64,000 nt of DNA from Bdellovibrionota bacterium (GTDB lineage: Bacteria; Bdellovibrionota_C; UBA2361; OMII01). This document shows positions 47,766 to 57,513 of the stretch, piece by piece. The stretch is from NCBI GenBank assembly GCA_044237895.1, contig JBIIEK010000001.1, positions 2,762-66,761 of the forward strand, read 5' to 3'. A program made the position numbers and the translations under genes. The first letter of the stretch is position 1; every line of letters starts with the position of its first letter. The notes under the pieces were generated by a model, which did no database searches, was not told the DNA's origin, and saw only the letters and a program-made list of their open reading frames with translations.

Positions 47766-48716
47766 CTAGTCAGCGGTTTTCTTGAAAAATTCAGCAACCG
47801 CCTCTAGCGGTGTGCGTTTTCGTGAAACACACTCCAGGGCCAACGCGTTTAGAAGAGCCTCCCGACCGGAGAGTCTTTCGTCGAGGGCTCTAAAGCCGAT
47901 TAGAGAAACGAGCGTTTGGGTAACAACGGCGAGCCGACGGGAAGCGCCTTGCGGAGAAGTATCGAGCCACTGCACATGCTCTTGATTTGCAGCCACAACC
48001 TCAGCCACCCCCTCGCCATTCGTCGCCACGGTTCTTAGAACCCTAGGTTTCCACTGGCCAGGAGCAAACTCTTCCAACGAGAGCAATGTATAGAGATCCT
48101 TCTCAAGATGCAGAGCACCCTCCCGATCTGCTTTGTTAATAACAAAGATATCAGCAATCTCCATTAATCCAGCTTTAATAATCTGAACGCTATCCCCCAT
48201 CCCCGGCACAAGAACAACAACACAGGTATCGGCGGTTCGAACGATATCAACCTCGGCCTGTCCTACTCCGACAGTCTCAACCAAAACAACATCATACCCA
48301 GCACAATCGAGCACATGAACAGACTCAAGGGTAGCTCGGGCGAGTCCTCCCAATGAACCTCGAGTGGCCATACTACGAATAAACACGCCTGGATCTTCCG
48401 CCGCAAGATTCATGCGAATTCGATCACCCAGAATTGCTCCACCACTGAAGGGACTCGAAGGATCTACCGCGATTACCGCCACTGATTTTCCCGTGGCTCG
48501 ATAGGCTCTGGTGATGGAATCTACGAGGGTCGATTTTCCAGCGCCAGGACTGCCCGTAATGCCCACAACGTGCGCTCGACCTATAGGGCGTCGCATCGAC
48601 GCGGCGAGTGCCGCAGCTTTAGTATCGTTGTTCTCAATTCGCGTTATGAAACGAGCTATGGCCCGAGGATCCCCCGCGAGGGTCCGGGCCACAAGCTCGC
48701 TATCAGAAAATTTCAT
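47766..48716 (-). CDS. meaB: MeaB/ArgK-family G3E GTPase (methylmalonyl-CoA mutase chaperone family)
   Basis: The P-loop is GITGSPGAGKSTL. DPSSPFSGGAILGDRIRM, VETVGVGQ and NKAD are also present. Confidence 0.9.
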   Translation of the reverse strand: MKFSDSELVARTLAGDPRAIARFITRIENNDTKAAALAASMRRPIGRAHVVGITGSPGAGKSTLVDSITRAYRATGKSVAVIAVDPSSPFSGGAILGDRIRMNLAAEDPGVFIRSMATRGSLGGLARATLESVHVLDCAGYDVVLVETVGVGQAEVDIVRTADTCVVVLVPGMGDSVQIIKAGLMEIADIFVINKADREGALHLEKDLYTLLSLEEFAPGQWKPRVLRTVATNGEGVAEVVAANQEHVQWLDTSPQGASRRLAVVTQTLVSLIGFRALDERLSGREALLNALALECVSRKRTPLEAVAEFFKKTAD

Positions 48717-48743
48717 ACCTTAATGGTACTGCTCAACTACCCA

Positions 48744-50036
48744 TTAAGCCAACTGGATAACGTCGTTCAAGAGCTGATTAATCGTAGTTACAATACGCGT
48801 ACTAGCTTGGAATCCACGTTGAAGGGTAATAATACGCACGAATTCAGACGCAATATCAACCGTCGAAAGTTCTACGTTACCCGCTTGAAGCTTACCGAAG
48901 GTTCCTGTGGAGGGCTTGCCGTAGATCGGGTCTCCCGAAGCCACAGACACTCCGAGTTGGTTACCGCCAAGGCGGGTAAGACCCTCAGGATTGGAGAAAT
49001 TCGCTAGAGCGATCGTTCCGATCTGGCTTACCTGTCCGTTGGTGAGAAGAGCAGAAACAGCGCCATCCATCCCGACGCTGATGCTCGTAACCGAACCGAT
49101 TCCCTTACCGTCCTGAGTCACCGAGAGAATATTTGAAGCCGCGGAGTATTGCGTCAACGGATTCATATTGAAATCAACAGAACTAGCATCAGAGGCATTG
49201 TTCCACGTGACGTTGGTTGTAAAGTCGGGAGTTCCAACGACGGGTTGAGGACTACGCTGTCCATTTCCGCCAAAGGTAAATGTCCTCTCTGCCACGAATC
49301 GTGGGTACCCGTTCTTAGTGAGGGTTCCCGTTGCATCCACCTCTTCGTTGTTGACGTATGCACGTACGAGATACTCACTCGGTGCCGTATGGAAGAACAT
49401 AAGGCTCATCTGGTGATTTTCGCCGAGCGAGTCGAACACATCTACCACCGTCGTATACTCTGAAAACGCCGCGATATCGGAATACGTGACAGTTGGAGGA
49501 ACTACGTTGCCCGGATCGGGGATAGCTGCGGCAGTTACGGTGGCAGCCGACGCGTTAATGTTACCGGATATCGTGATCTCGTTGGTCGCAATGCTGCTCT
49601 GTTCAATGTTAAACGTATTGATCGGCTCAAGCGCTCCGGATCCATTCGCCGGAAACCCTAAAATAGCATTTCCCGACTGGGTTGTGATGAATCCCGCCGA
49701 ATCAACTTTAAAATCTCCGGCGCGAGTATACATTCGGTTTTCACCATCTGCCGTGATGAAGAATCCGTTACCTGCGATACCGATGTCGAGAGGACGTCCC
49801 GTGAACTCAAGGGTGCCTTGCTCGAAAATCGTCTGGACCTTCCCGACGTTCGATCCGCTTCCCACCTGCTTGCCGAGAACACCCTCACCGGCCATCACGT
49901 CCTCGAAATTGGCGCGATTCGCTTTGTACCCGATGGTATTAGCATTAGAGATGTTGTCGCCCGCCACCGAGATAGCGATACCGTGGCTTGAAATTCCTGA
50001 GCGACCTGCGAAGAGTCCGTTGATTATACTTGGCAC
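48744..50036 (-). CDS. flgE: Flagellar hook protein FlgE
   Basis: The N-terminal rod/hook motif is GLFAGRSGISSHGIAISVAGDNISNANTIGYK. The C-terminal motif is LSTVDIASEFVRIITLQRGFQASTRIVTT. It lies immediately downstream of flgD. Confidence 0.85.
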   Translation of the reverse strand: MPSIINGLFAGRSGISSHGIAISVAGDNISNANTIGYKANRANFEDVMAGEGVLGKQVGSGSNVGKVQTIFEQGTLEFTGRPLDIGIAGNGFFITADGENRMYTRAGDFKVDSAGFITTQSGNAILGFPANGSGALEPINTFNIEQSSIATNEITISGNINASAATVTAAAIPDPGNVVPPTVTYSDIAAFSEYTTVVDVFDSLGENHQMSLMFFHTAPSEYLVRAYVNNEEVDATGTLTKNGYPRFVAERTFTFGGNGQRSPQPVVGTPDFTTNVTWNNASDASSVDFNMNPLTQYSAASNILSVTQDGKGIGSVTSISVGMDGAVSALLTNGQVSQIGTIALANFSNPEGLTRLGGNQLGVSVASGDPIYGKPSTGTFGKLQAGNVELSTVDIASEFVRIITLQRGFQASTRIVTTINQLLNDVIQLA

Positions 50037-50188
50037 GTGTTCCCTTACTCAAAAAAGAGCTGCCTATACGCTTGACCACAAAGGGTGCAAGCCCAGCTTG
50101 TTAGTTGGGGTACTACACAGCACTTCATCCTTTAAGAACTGCTGCAGAAACGCCGTCCTTGAATCGTTTCCTGTTTCCTACCTCTTCC

Positions 50189-50845
50189 CTATACTTTCGG
50201 GGGAAGAGTCACTTCTTGTACCGCACCAACAGAGACCTCACGATTCCCGAGAACAAGCTTAGGATCGGGTCCCGGAATGAAACCTGTTACCAAACCACTT
50301 ACCGCTGACTGTGGCGAATAATAGCCAACTCCACTACCACGCACCGCCGCTATGCCATAGCTATATGAGCCATCAGGCACAGACAAACCATCAAGCGTTA
50401 CTATCTGCTTGCCAGCTTCAAGACCCGAGAAGGTCTTCTGCCCTACCACTTTCCCGGCTTTATCTAACAGGTCTACTCGTACCTGAGATGACGCCTGAGG
50501 AAGGTTGATTTGCAACTGCCCACCTTGACCACCACTTACCGCAATAGTTTTATCCGACAACATAACCTGCTGGCCGAGATATCCAGCAACCGAACTAATA
50601 GAGGACGTCTGTTTGTTCAACTTATCGTCAATTGAAGTCAACTTCTCTACTTGAGTAAACTGCGCAAGTTGAACCGCGAACTCCTTACTATCTACCGGAG
50701 CCTCTGGGTCTTGGTTCTTCAGTTGAGCGATGAGTAGTTGCATGAACTCAACTTGACCCATCTGGTCATTCTTCTTGGTAGTAGATGTCGCGGTTGGCAC
50801 CGTTGAGGTGGCTCCCGAGATCATGCTTGGATTAAAATCGCCCAT
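50189..50845 (-). CDS. flgD: Flagellar hook assembly (capping) protein FlgD
   Basis: VEFMQLLIAQLKNQDPEAPVDSKEFAVQLAQFTQVEKL is the FlgD signature. Confidence 0.9.
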   Translation of the reverse strand: MGDFNPSMISGATSTVPTATSTTKKNDQMGQVEFMQLLIAQLKNQDPEAPVDSKEFAVQLAQFTQVEKLTSIDDKLNKQTSSISSVAGYLGQQVMLSDKTIAVSGGQGGQLQINLPQASSQVRVDLLDKAGKVVGQKTFSGLEAGKQIVTLDGLSVPDGSYSYGIAAVRGSGVGYYSPQSAVSGLVTGFIPGPDPKLVLGNREVSVGAVQEVTLPPKV

Positions 50846-50861
50846 CGTTGTTACCTAGCTA

Positions 50862-52556
50862 CTACGCTATCCAGTGGTCAGCTTTCGCAGTTTCTATCTC
50901 TGCAATGCCGGCTTTTGAAACATCAGCAAATTCGTTGCCAAACCTATTTTCAGGGACTTGGCGCTCCTGGCCAGGCATGTTGTTCCGGTCTCCTTGGAAA
51001 CTCTTGCCGTCGAAGAAGCCCTTTGACTCCTGCATCGACTGCTGGAACGAGTCCCCTACTACTTGAACCGTTACACGCTCTACGTTCAGTCCTAAACGTC
51101 TTAATGCACCCTGAAGCTCATGCGAATGCTCGCGAAGTGCGGTCAAAACCTCTTTATTTTGAGGCGTAACCCGAGCATGCAACGAGCCGTCACGAAGGCT
51201 GACGTCAACCTTGACCTGTCCCAGATTCACTGGCTCAAGCTTCAAGCTGATCGTCTTTCCATCGCGGGTTCGAGCCGCCTCCTTTAGAGCTGATTCAACC
51301 CGCTCCAACATCCTCTGCTGAGTGGCTTTATTGAGATATCGGGCCTGGCGAGGGGCATTATCCGCCTCTGTCGTGCGGGTTGGAGTAGCGGCTCCCATAC
51401 CACCGACCTGATTGTTCGAAGTACGCGGGCGAACCTCACCGGCGCTCTGTGTTTGAGCCCTTAAACTCTCATACGCTTGACGGAGAAGGGTGACTTGAAA
51501 AGACAACTCGCCGTTGCGTTCTTTGGATCCCCCAAACGAATTGAACGAGAGATCTTGTCCAGATATCGGAGCAAATTCTGCGCGAGGGGTCTTTGATTGC
51601 CCCTCAACGTCCCTAACAACACGCGTCGTGGTGGCGGGATTCTGCGCCCAAAAACTCTCGAATTCCCCCCTTTTTGGTCCATTATCAGCAATGAGGGATT
51701 CCGCTCCAGCATCCGCTTCAGCGGATCCCTGCGTGAGGTTCGCTCCGTTAACGCTGCCAGCCTCCCGCTGAGCAGCTCTTTTTACTTGTCCAGCTTGCGA
51801 TGTCGTTTGGGTAAAGTTCGATAAGTCTACATCTTCATCATCGTAGTAATCCGCAGATCCATCATCACTCTCATCATCCTTCGTCGCCTTCTTTAAAACG
51901 ACGTGCTCAAGCGTCTCGCCATCTACCTTTTCGAAGCTGTCATCGAGTTCGATAACGCCTTCGCTGTCAGTCGACATTTGGGCAACAACAGTTTGTGCCT
52001 GCGCTATCTCCTCGCTTCCGAGGTCTAAAACCTGTTCATCGGAGAGATCAACGACATCGTTGAAAACCACGTCGTCCTCAACAACGATCTCAGCCCCACC
52101 CTGATCAAGGGCCTGATCATCCTCGTCCTCAACATCAACAGCCTCTGGACCACCCGACTCCTGCTCTTGAACATCGACTTTTTGAGGGCCAGTTTGCCCC
52201 CCTTTTACCACCACCGACCTATCGCCAGATGGGCCTGAAATTTCAACGGAATCAGACTCAACTTCGGTATGAAAGTCGCCAGTTTGGTCGCCCGAGTCGT
52301 CGCTCGTATCAGCGCCCTTATGGATCTCTTGGTGCTGGGTTTTTACTGTAGAGACTGCTTGAGCCAGCGCTAGACCGAGTGCGACAACCTCATCTCGCGC
52401 CCCGTGAACACCTCCACGGGCTCTCTCCAGCAGTTTTTTGAATTCGAACGCAAGGCTCTCTTGGTCGGTAGAATCCTTAGACTGGTACGTTTTTTGGGCA
52501 GCAGTCTCGACCTTAGGAGGTTCGGGTTGCAGGCGTCGGATCATGAAGTTCCTCAT
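50862..52556 (-). CDS. fliK: Flagellar hook-length control protein FliK
   Basis: The C-terminal Flg_hook-type domain reads LKLEPVNLGQVKVDVSLRDGSLHARVTPQNKEVLTALREHSHELQGALRRLGL. The middle region is long, acidic and disordered. The gene order is fliK-flgD-flgE. The start is uncertain (ATG 52556 or 52544). Confidence 0.75.
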   Translation of the reverse strand: MRNFMIRRLQPEPPKVETAAQKTYQSKDSTDQESLAFEFKKLLERARGGVHGARDEVVALGLALAQAVSTVKTQHQEIHKGADTSDDSGDQTGDFHTEVESDSVEISGPSGDRSVVVKGGQTGPQKVDVQEQESGGPEAVDVEDEDDQALDQGGAEIVVEDDVVFNDVVDLSDEQVLDLGSEEIAQAQTVVAQMSTDSEGVIELDDSFEKVDGETLEHVVLKKATKDDESDDGSADYYDDEDVDLSNFTQTTSQAGQVKRAAQREAGSVNGANLTQGSAEADAGAESLIADNGPKRGEFESFWAQNPATTTRVVRDVEGQSKTPRAEFAPISGQDLSFNSFGGSKERNGELSFQVTLLRQAYESLRAQTQSAGEVRPRTSNNQVGGMGAATPTRTTEADNAPRQARYLNKATQQRMLERVESALKEAARTRDGKTISLKLEPVNLGQVKVDVSLRDGSLHARVTPQNKEVLTALREHSHELQGALRRLGLNVERVTVQVVGDSFQQSMQESKGFFDGKSFQGDRNNMPGQERQVPENRFGNEFADVSKAGIAEIETAKADHWIA

Positions 52557-52815
52557 GTTGGGGGGTGGCTTCTCTTGAAGCCGAGTGTCGCGTCCTGCAC
52601 TAACCCACCTGATTGTACGTTGTCGGATGAAGCAAAAGGGCTGCCAACGATGAGCAATCACCAATCAATATGTTAGACCGCTCTCGGGAGAAAAAACTTC
52701 CCGCTTTACCCCTGCATACGGGTAAGATCTCCCCAACCACACCAATAATGGTAGAACTGACGGCACTTGCGAGATGCTCGTTCGAGCCTATCCGTGAGAT
52801 CTAGGGGATGCGTTT

Positions 52816-53295
52816 ATGAGCTATGTAGTTTGGATCGTCGGGATAACCGCCATGACGATCGGGTTTCTGGGAACCGCTCTTCCGGCACTCCCCGGGACCC
52901 CACTCATCTTTATCGGAGCGTTTCTTGTAGCGTGGTGGAACGATTACACCATTATCGGCGTGGGGCCCCTCCTTTTACTCGCTTTTCTCGGAGCATTTGG
53001 ATTCGTAGTCGATAGTATCGCCTCAACTATTGGAGCGAAACGAGTCGGAGCAAGTGGCAAGGCGATGTTGGGAGCAACTCTTGGATCAATCCTTGGATTA
53101 TTTTTTGCTCTTCCAGGGATAATTATAGGCCCCTTTGTCGGCGCCGCTCTCGGCCAGTATTATCACGACCGATCGATCCATATGGCAACCAAGGTGGGGC
53201 TGGGCACGTGGCTCGGACTGCTCATAGGAACTGCCGCAAAGGTGGCCATCGCTTTTGCTATGATAGCAACGTTCATCACCGCCCTAGCCATATGA
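52816..53295 (+). CDS. DUF456-like small polytopic membrane protein
   Basis: 159 aa with 4-5 TM helices, containing GTALPALPGTPLIFIGAFLVAWW. Confidence 0.6.
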   Translation: MSYVVWIVGITAMTIGFLGTALPALPGTPLIFIGAFLVAWWNDYTIIGVGPLLLLAFLGAFGFVVDSIASTIGAKRVGASGKAMLGATLGSILGLFFALPGIIIGPFVGAALGQYYHDRSIHMATKVGLGTWLGLLIGTAAKVAIAFAMIATFITALAI

Positions 53296-53544
53296 CCTTA
53301 ACACCCTTTCGCCCAATAATTTCTTAGGAACCCCTCCTTTTCATCCCAGGATCACGGGGCCCTCGCCCCTTTGTAAGGGGATTTCACAACGCCGTTAATC
53401 CCAAACCTTCCGCCGAGCTCACATACTTACCTCATAAGAAGTAGCCCACCCATCATATGTGGGCATTTCACTAGCCTATCCGCATCTTAAACCTCGAAGG
53501 GAGCCCCTCTGAACCACTCCCAAAGCTTGAGATTGGAAGGAGTC

Positions 53545-54675
53545 ATGACCAAACCTACAAAAGCATTCGCCACTATGGCGGTCTTTACCCTCGTCATCGT
53601 TGTCGCCGGCCTATGCCTATCCACTGGGCTCGCTCGAGCCTTTGGCGCAAATCCATGGCTGAACGCGCTCATTCTCGCACTTCTCACCTTTGGTATAGTC
53701 GCAGCGTTTCGCCAAGTCTCACAGGTCCGACGTGCTATCGAGTGGGTCGCCGCATTCCGAACAGGCGGAGCTCCATCGAGCCAACTCCCCTCCATCTTAA
53801 TTCCCCTCTCCCCGGCGTTATCCAAGGCCGGCGAGAAGCCCTCCGCCTCGCCAACGACGATGCGTGCCATGCTTGAAGGCGTTTTCGCTCGAGTAGATGA
53901 GAGTCGCGAGTTGTCCCGCTATCTCATGAACGTGCTCATACTTCTTGGTCTCCTGGGGACGTTCTGGGGACTCCTTGAAACGGTCGCCGGGATAGGAACT
54001 GTTATGTCCGGCCTCAGCGTTGGGGATGGAGACCTCAAGGTGGTTTTCGATAGGTTCAAAGAGGGACTTCAGACCCCACTCCTCGGAATGGGAGTTTCAT
54101 TCAGCGCCTCGCTCTTTGGACTCGCCAGTTCTCTCATACTTGGATTCCTCGATCTCACGGCGGGGCGAGTGCAAACTCGCTTCTGCGAAGAGCTTGAAGA
54201 TTGGTTTACTCATTCACCCGTTGCAGAGATAGCGGACATGGCGAAACCCGCTTCCGATATAGCGCCTGCTCGTTACCAAGAGGCCCTCGTCCAAAATCTA
54301 GCAGACCAACTGGAGCGTCTACACAAAACGTTTAAGATGCAAGAAGAAGCTCGCTCCGGCGAGAGGGCTTCTATGCTTTCACTTGCGGAGCGTTTCTCCG
54401 CGTTCGACGACCATCTGAAATCGCAACAGGTGCTACTGGTCAAACTCGCAGAACTTCAACAGCAGGTTGCTCCAGTTCTCGGAAAGCTCTCTGACAAGCT
54501 AGGCAACTCGAATCAAGAAACGATAGAGGAACATACTCGTCGCATAGACTTAAACCTCAAAGATATCGGTGAAAAGGTCTCTCGTTCAGCGGACACCCTC
54601 GCGTCAGAGCTTCGTGAGGAGCTAAAGATTATCGCCAAGATACTCGCTTCAAATGAAGCGAGCACCAACGCCTAA
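53545..54675 (+). CDS. MotA/TolQ/ExbB proton-channel family protein with a roughly 150-aa C-terminal coiled-coil tail
   Basis: The channel core reads LLGLLGTFWGLLETVAGIG...TPLLGMGVSFSASLFGLASSLILGFL. Two N-terminal TM helices are present. The C-terminal heptad-rich tail begins QEALVQNLADQLERLHKTFKMQEE. The start was set to ATG 53545, which has GGAAGGAG upstream. Confidence 0.7.
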   Translation: MTKPTKAFATMAVFTLVIVVAGLCLSTGLARAFGANPWLNALILALLTFGIVAAFRQVSQVRRAIEWVAAFRTGGAPSSQLPSILIPLSPALSKAGEKPSASPTTMRAMLEGVFARVDESRELSRYLMNVLILLGLLGTFWGLLETVAGIGTVMSGLSVGDGDLKVVFDRFKEGLQTPLLGMGVSFSASLFGLASSLILGFLDLTAGRVQTRFCEELEDWFTHSPVAEIADMAKPASDIAPARYQEALVQNLADQLERLHKTFKMQEEARSGERASMLSLAERFSAFDDHLKSQQVLLVKLAELQQQVAPVLGKLSDKLGNSNQETIEEHTRRIDLNLKDIGEKVSRSADTLASELREELKIIAKILASNEASTNA

Positions 54676-54686
54676 GTGATACATTT

Positions 54687-55715
54687 ATGAGCTACGCCTC
54701 ACGCCGATCCAAAAAGCGCACGATGGAGATATGGCCAGGGTACGTGGATGCCCTCTCAACCATGCTCATGATGGTCGCTCTCGTTCTTGTGATCATGATG
54801 GCTGCGCAATTCGCTCTCTCAAATGCGCTCGTAAGCAGAGAGAGCCAGGTTAATGAATTGGCTATCAGGCTGAAGACGCTCACGGATGCTCTCACGCTCG
54901 AGAAGACTACCTCCGATGGACTTCGTGGAAAGCAAAAAGACTTGGAGAGTCAGCTCCAAAAAACTCGCGATGAGATCGGCATAGTACAAAAAAGCCTCTT
55001 TGAAAGTCAGGGCAAGCTGAGTGGTCTTCAGGCGGAACGCGACACCGCCCGAGGAGATCTTGATAAAGCAACTAAGGAATCGAGCGTCTTAAAGGGTCAA
55101 CTAGCGGACCTCTTCAAGCAGGTCGAGGATCTGAACAAAAAGCTCGCTCTTCTTACAGCGGACCTAGCGACGGCAAAGACCTCTATCACCGATAAAGAAT
55201 TAAAGATCGCGGACCTCGACAAAAAGCTAAAGAAGAAGATGCTCGACAAGGTAGAGGAGCTGTCGGAGTATCGCTCGGAATTCTTCGGTCGTCTTAAAAA
55301 AGCGCTCGGAAATCGCCCTGATATAAAGATCGTTGGAGATCGCTTCGTATTTCAATCAGAGGTATTCTTCCAATCCGCGTCAGCCGATCTGCAAGATAGT
55401 GGAAAGGAGCAGCTGGTCAAGCTTGCTGAAACCTTAAAGGAGATATCAGCAACCATTCCAAAAGATATTAAGTGGATGGTGAGCATTATCGGTCATACCG
55501 ACAAGTTGCCGATCAACTCCCCGCAATTTCCCTCCAACTGGGAGCTATCATCAGCTCGAGCCATCTCAGTTTTGAAATATCTGATCGAGATGGGCATCCC
55601 CCCCGATCGATTGTCCGCAACAGGATACGGAGAATATCAACAGATAGATCCAGGCAATGATGAAGCAGCTCTCTCGCGAAACAGACGAATAGAGATAAAG
55701 TTTAATCAGAGATAG
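54687..55715 (+). CDS. MotB/OmpA-family peptidoglycan-binding protein with a long coiled-coil linker
   Basis: The MotB-type TM and plug region is EIWPGYVDALSTMLMMVALVLVIMM, with a conserved Asp. About 170 aa of coiled coil follow. The OmpA-like C-terminus reads IIGHTDKLPI...WELSSARAISVLKYLIEMGIPPDRLSATGYGEY...NRRIEIKF. Confidence 0.75.
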   Translation: MSYASRRSKKRTMEIWPGYVDALSTMLMMVALVLVIMMAAQFALSNALVSRESQVNELAIRLKTLTDALTLEKTTSDGLRGKQKDLESQLQKTRDEIGIVQKSLFESQGKLSGLQAERDTARGDLDKATKESSVLKGQLADLFKQVEDLNKKLALLTADLATAKTSITDKELKIADLDKKLKKKMLDKVEELSEYRSEFFGRLKKALGNRPDIKIVGDRFVFQSEVFFQSASADLQDSGKEQLVKLAETLKEISATIPKDIKWMVSIIGHTDKLPINSPQFPSNWELSSARAISVLKYLIEMGIPPDRLSATGYGEYQQIDPGNDEAALSRNRRIEIKFNQR

Positions 55716-55742
55716 GCGCCGCTCCCTGCTCTGCGCGAACGC

Positions 55743-56150
55743 CTAGGGGCAAAGCGGCTCGAGTGGCCACAAAAGGTTGCCGTACATCACACACACGCAC
55801 GAGGTACCGGGGGCCGGCGACGACACAACCCGATCAGGAGAGACCTCCTCAAGGGAGCCACTCCCCGCCAACGTTCGGTGGAACAACCTTCCATCCAGCC
55901 CTCGAAAGACGAGGTGAAGAGGAAGGCCCGCGTATTCCACCTTACATACTTTGTCCTGCATCGGAATCGGTAAAGGCTCCGTTCCTCCAGATACTGTCCA
56001 CTCAACCCCGTGTCGCCGAATAGGCGTTCCCGCTGGAAGCACCTGACCGTGCACTACCACGTCGACCCGAAGAAGAAACCACTCGTCCCTCGTTGAGACC
56101 TCTTTTGCATCAGGCTCCGATACTACGTCATCCCTGTTATCTTTTGACAT
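55743..56150 (-). CDS. Hypothetical protein (downstream partner of the GDPH-motif protein)
   Basis: 136 aa counted from ATG 56150, which has GAGG 9 nt upstream. It is apparently co-transcribed with 56228..57061. No motif was recognised. Confidence 0.45.
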   Translation of the reverse strand: MSKDNRDDVVSEPDAKEVSTRDEWFLLRVDVVVHGQVLPAGTPIRRHGVEWTVSGGTEPLPIPMQDKVCKVEYAGLPLHLVFRGLDGRLFHRTLAGSGSLEEVSPDRVVSSPAPGTSCVCVMYGNLLWPLEPLCP

Positions 56151-56227
56151 CGTTAACGACCTCGGGTTTATCTCCCTCAACACGTCACTTCCGGCGAGGC
56201 AACACAGATCTTTTTGAAGCTTGTTTT

Positions 56228-57061
56228 CTAGGCACCCATCACAAACGACCTGCCGGTAGTTTTTTTCGTCCAGGATTCACCACCTGCCGCTACCCGACGT
56301 ACATAGATGCTCCCATCACTGAGGGCATCATCGTGCGGTCGACCATCGTGCGCCAAAGCGAGAAGCGCCGGCCTATTGGTATCAATTCCACCGATCGTTG
56401 CCCGCTGATCACCGCTATAAATAGTCACTTGGCGAGAGAGCGTCGTGCCATTTCCAGCGGGCACAACCTCTACCGTGGCTTTATTACGACCGAATACAAA
56501 GGTCGCCTGCTTGGTGAAATCCCACCGAGTGCCATCACTCTCAAACACATGAGGATCCCCAAAGATGCGGGTTGTTTTTCCCTCCGGTCCGGTTATCGTC
56601 CATGCTTCATGAGAAGCGAGCGCTCGCACAATGAACCCATCGGGAGTGCGAACGACCACCTGGCCTCTCTCATCCTGAATCGCTTGAAGACCCACCTTGG
56701 TCGAGCCGGCAGTCGTGGCCGGCTTGGTTGACAACGGATCGGCCGGAGCAGAAGGCTGCGGTTTGGGGAGATCTTTTACCGGCCTATCCTCTTTATGTTT
56801 AGAGGACATAAAGGCAGTAACGAGTTCAACAACTGCCGCGACAAGCGACGCGCACGCCTCCATCATTCGAACTACAGAGTTCGTCTGTTGCGCGCTCAAC
56901 GACACAGCCTGTTGCCGCGGTGTCGCAACGAGAGGTTGAAGCTCCGCACTCCACGCCGAATTCTGAACGACCGTTGATGGTGCGGCCTGAGAACTCTCGC
57001 TGCTAGATACACTTTGGGTATAGATATTCTGTTGCGCACCTAGCGCCTCGATCGATGTCAT
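56228..57061 (-). CDS. DUF1521/MIIA-like protein with a GDPH autocleavage-type motif
   Basis: A strong RBS (AAGGAGG) is present. The N-terminus is Ser/Gln-rich with no signal peptide, followed by a Pro-rich linker. The motif context WTITGPEGKTTRIFGDPHVFESDGTRWDF resembles the GD-PH self-cleavage motif of NopE1-type DUF1521 domains. Confidence 0.6.
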   Translation of the reverse strand: MTSIEALGAQQNIYTQSVSSSESSQAAPSTVVQNSAWSAELQPLVATPRQQAVSLSAQQTNSVVRMMEACASLVAAVVELVTAFMSSKHKEDRPVKDLPKPQPSAPADPLSTKPATTAGSTKVGLQAIQDERGQVVVRTPDGFIVRALASHEAWTITGPEGKTTRIFGDPHVFESDGTRWDFTKQATFVFGRNKATVEVVPAGNGTTLSRQVTIYSGDQRATIGGIDTNRPALLALAHDGRPHDDALSDGSIYVRRVAAGGESWTKKTTGRSFVMGA

Positions 57062-57513
57062 CGGTCCTCCTTGCGTTATTCAATTCTCTTCAGCAGAGGG
57101 GAGCGCCTCTTGAAGTAGTGCATGTTCGAATTAAGAGAGATAAAAGTTGCTAACGAGATGATGGTTCGGTGATGCCGCGCGGGCGCGCCCAGAACATATG
57201 CCCGTCATCCATAACTAACGTTCACTAAACTTGTTGCGCTCATGTATAGCCGAAACCGAGAAGACCGAATGAAAGCGACCTGATTACTGCAAGTTGGAGC
57301 CATTCGTTTAGTCGCCTCCTGTTCGATTCGGGCTGTTTTAAAAAACTTAAACTTGGGATTTACTAGAGCCCAAAGGTGTAGTTAAATCCGCGAGGCTGCT
57401 GGTGTGTTTTTCTGTAAACAGCAGGAACTCCTAAGCCAACTTTGTGTAGTTACTTAGTGTGAGTGGTATGAAGGTAATCAACTTCGTACACCCTGCGCTT
57501 AAATGCTGCGGAG

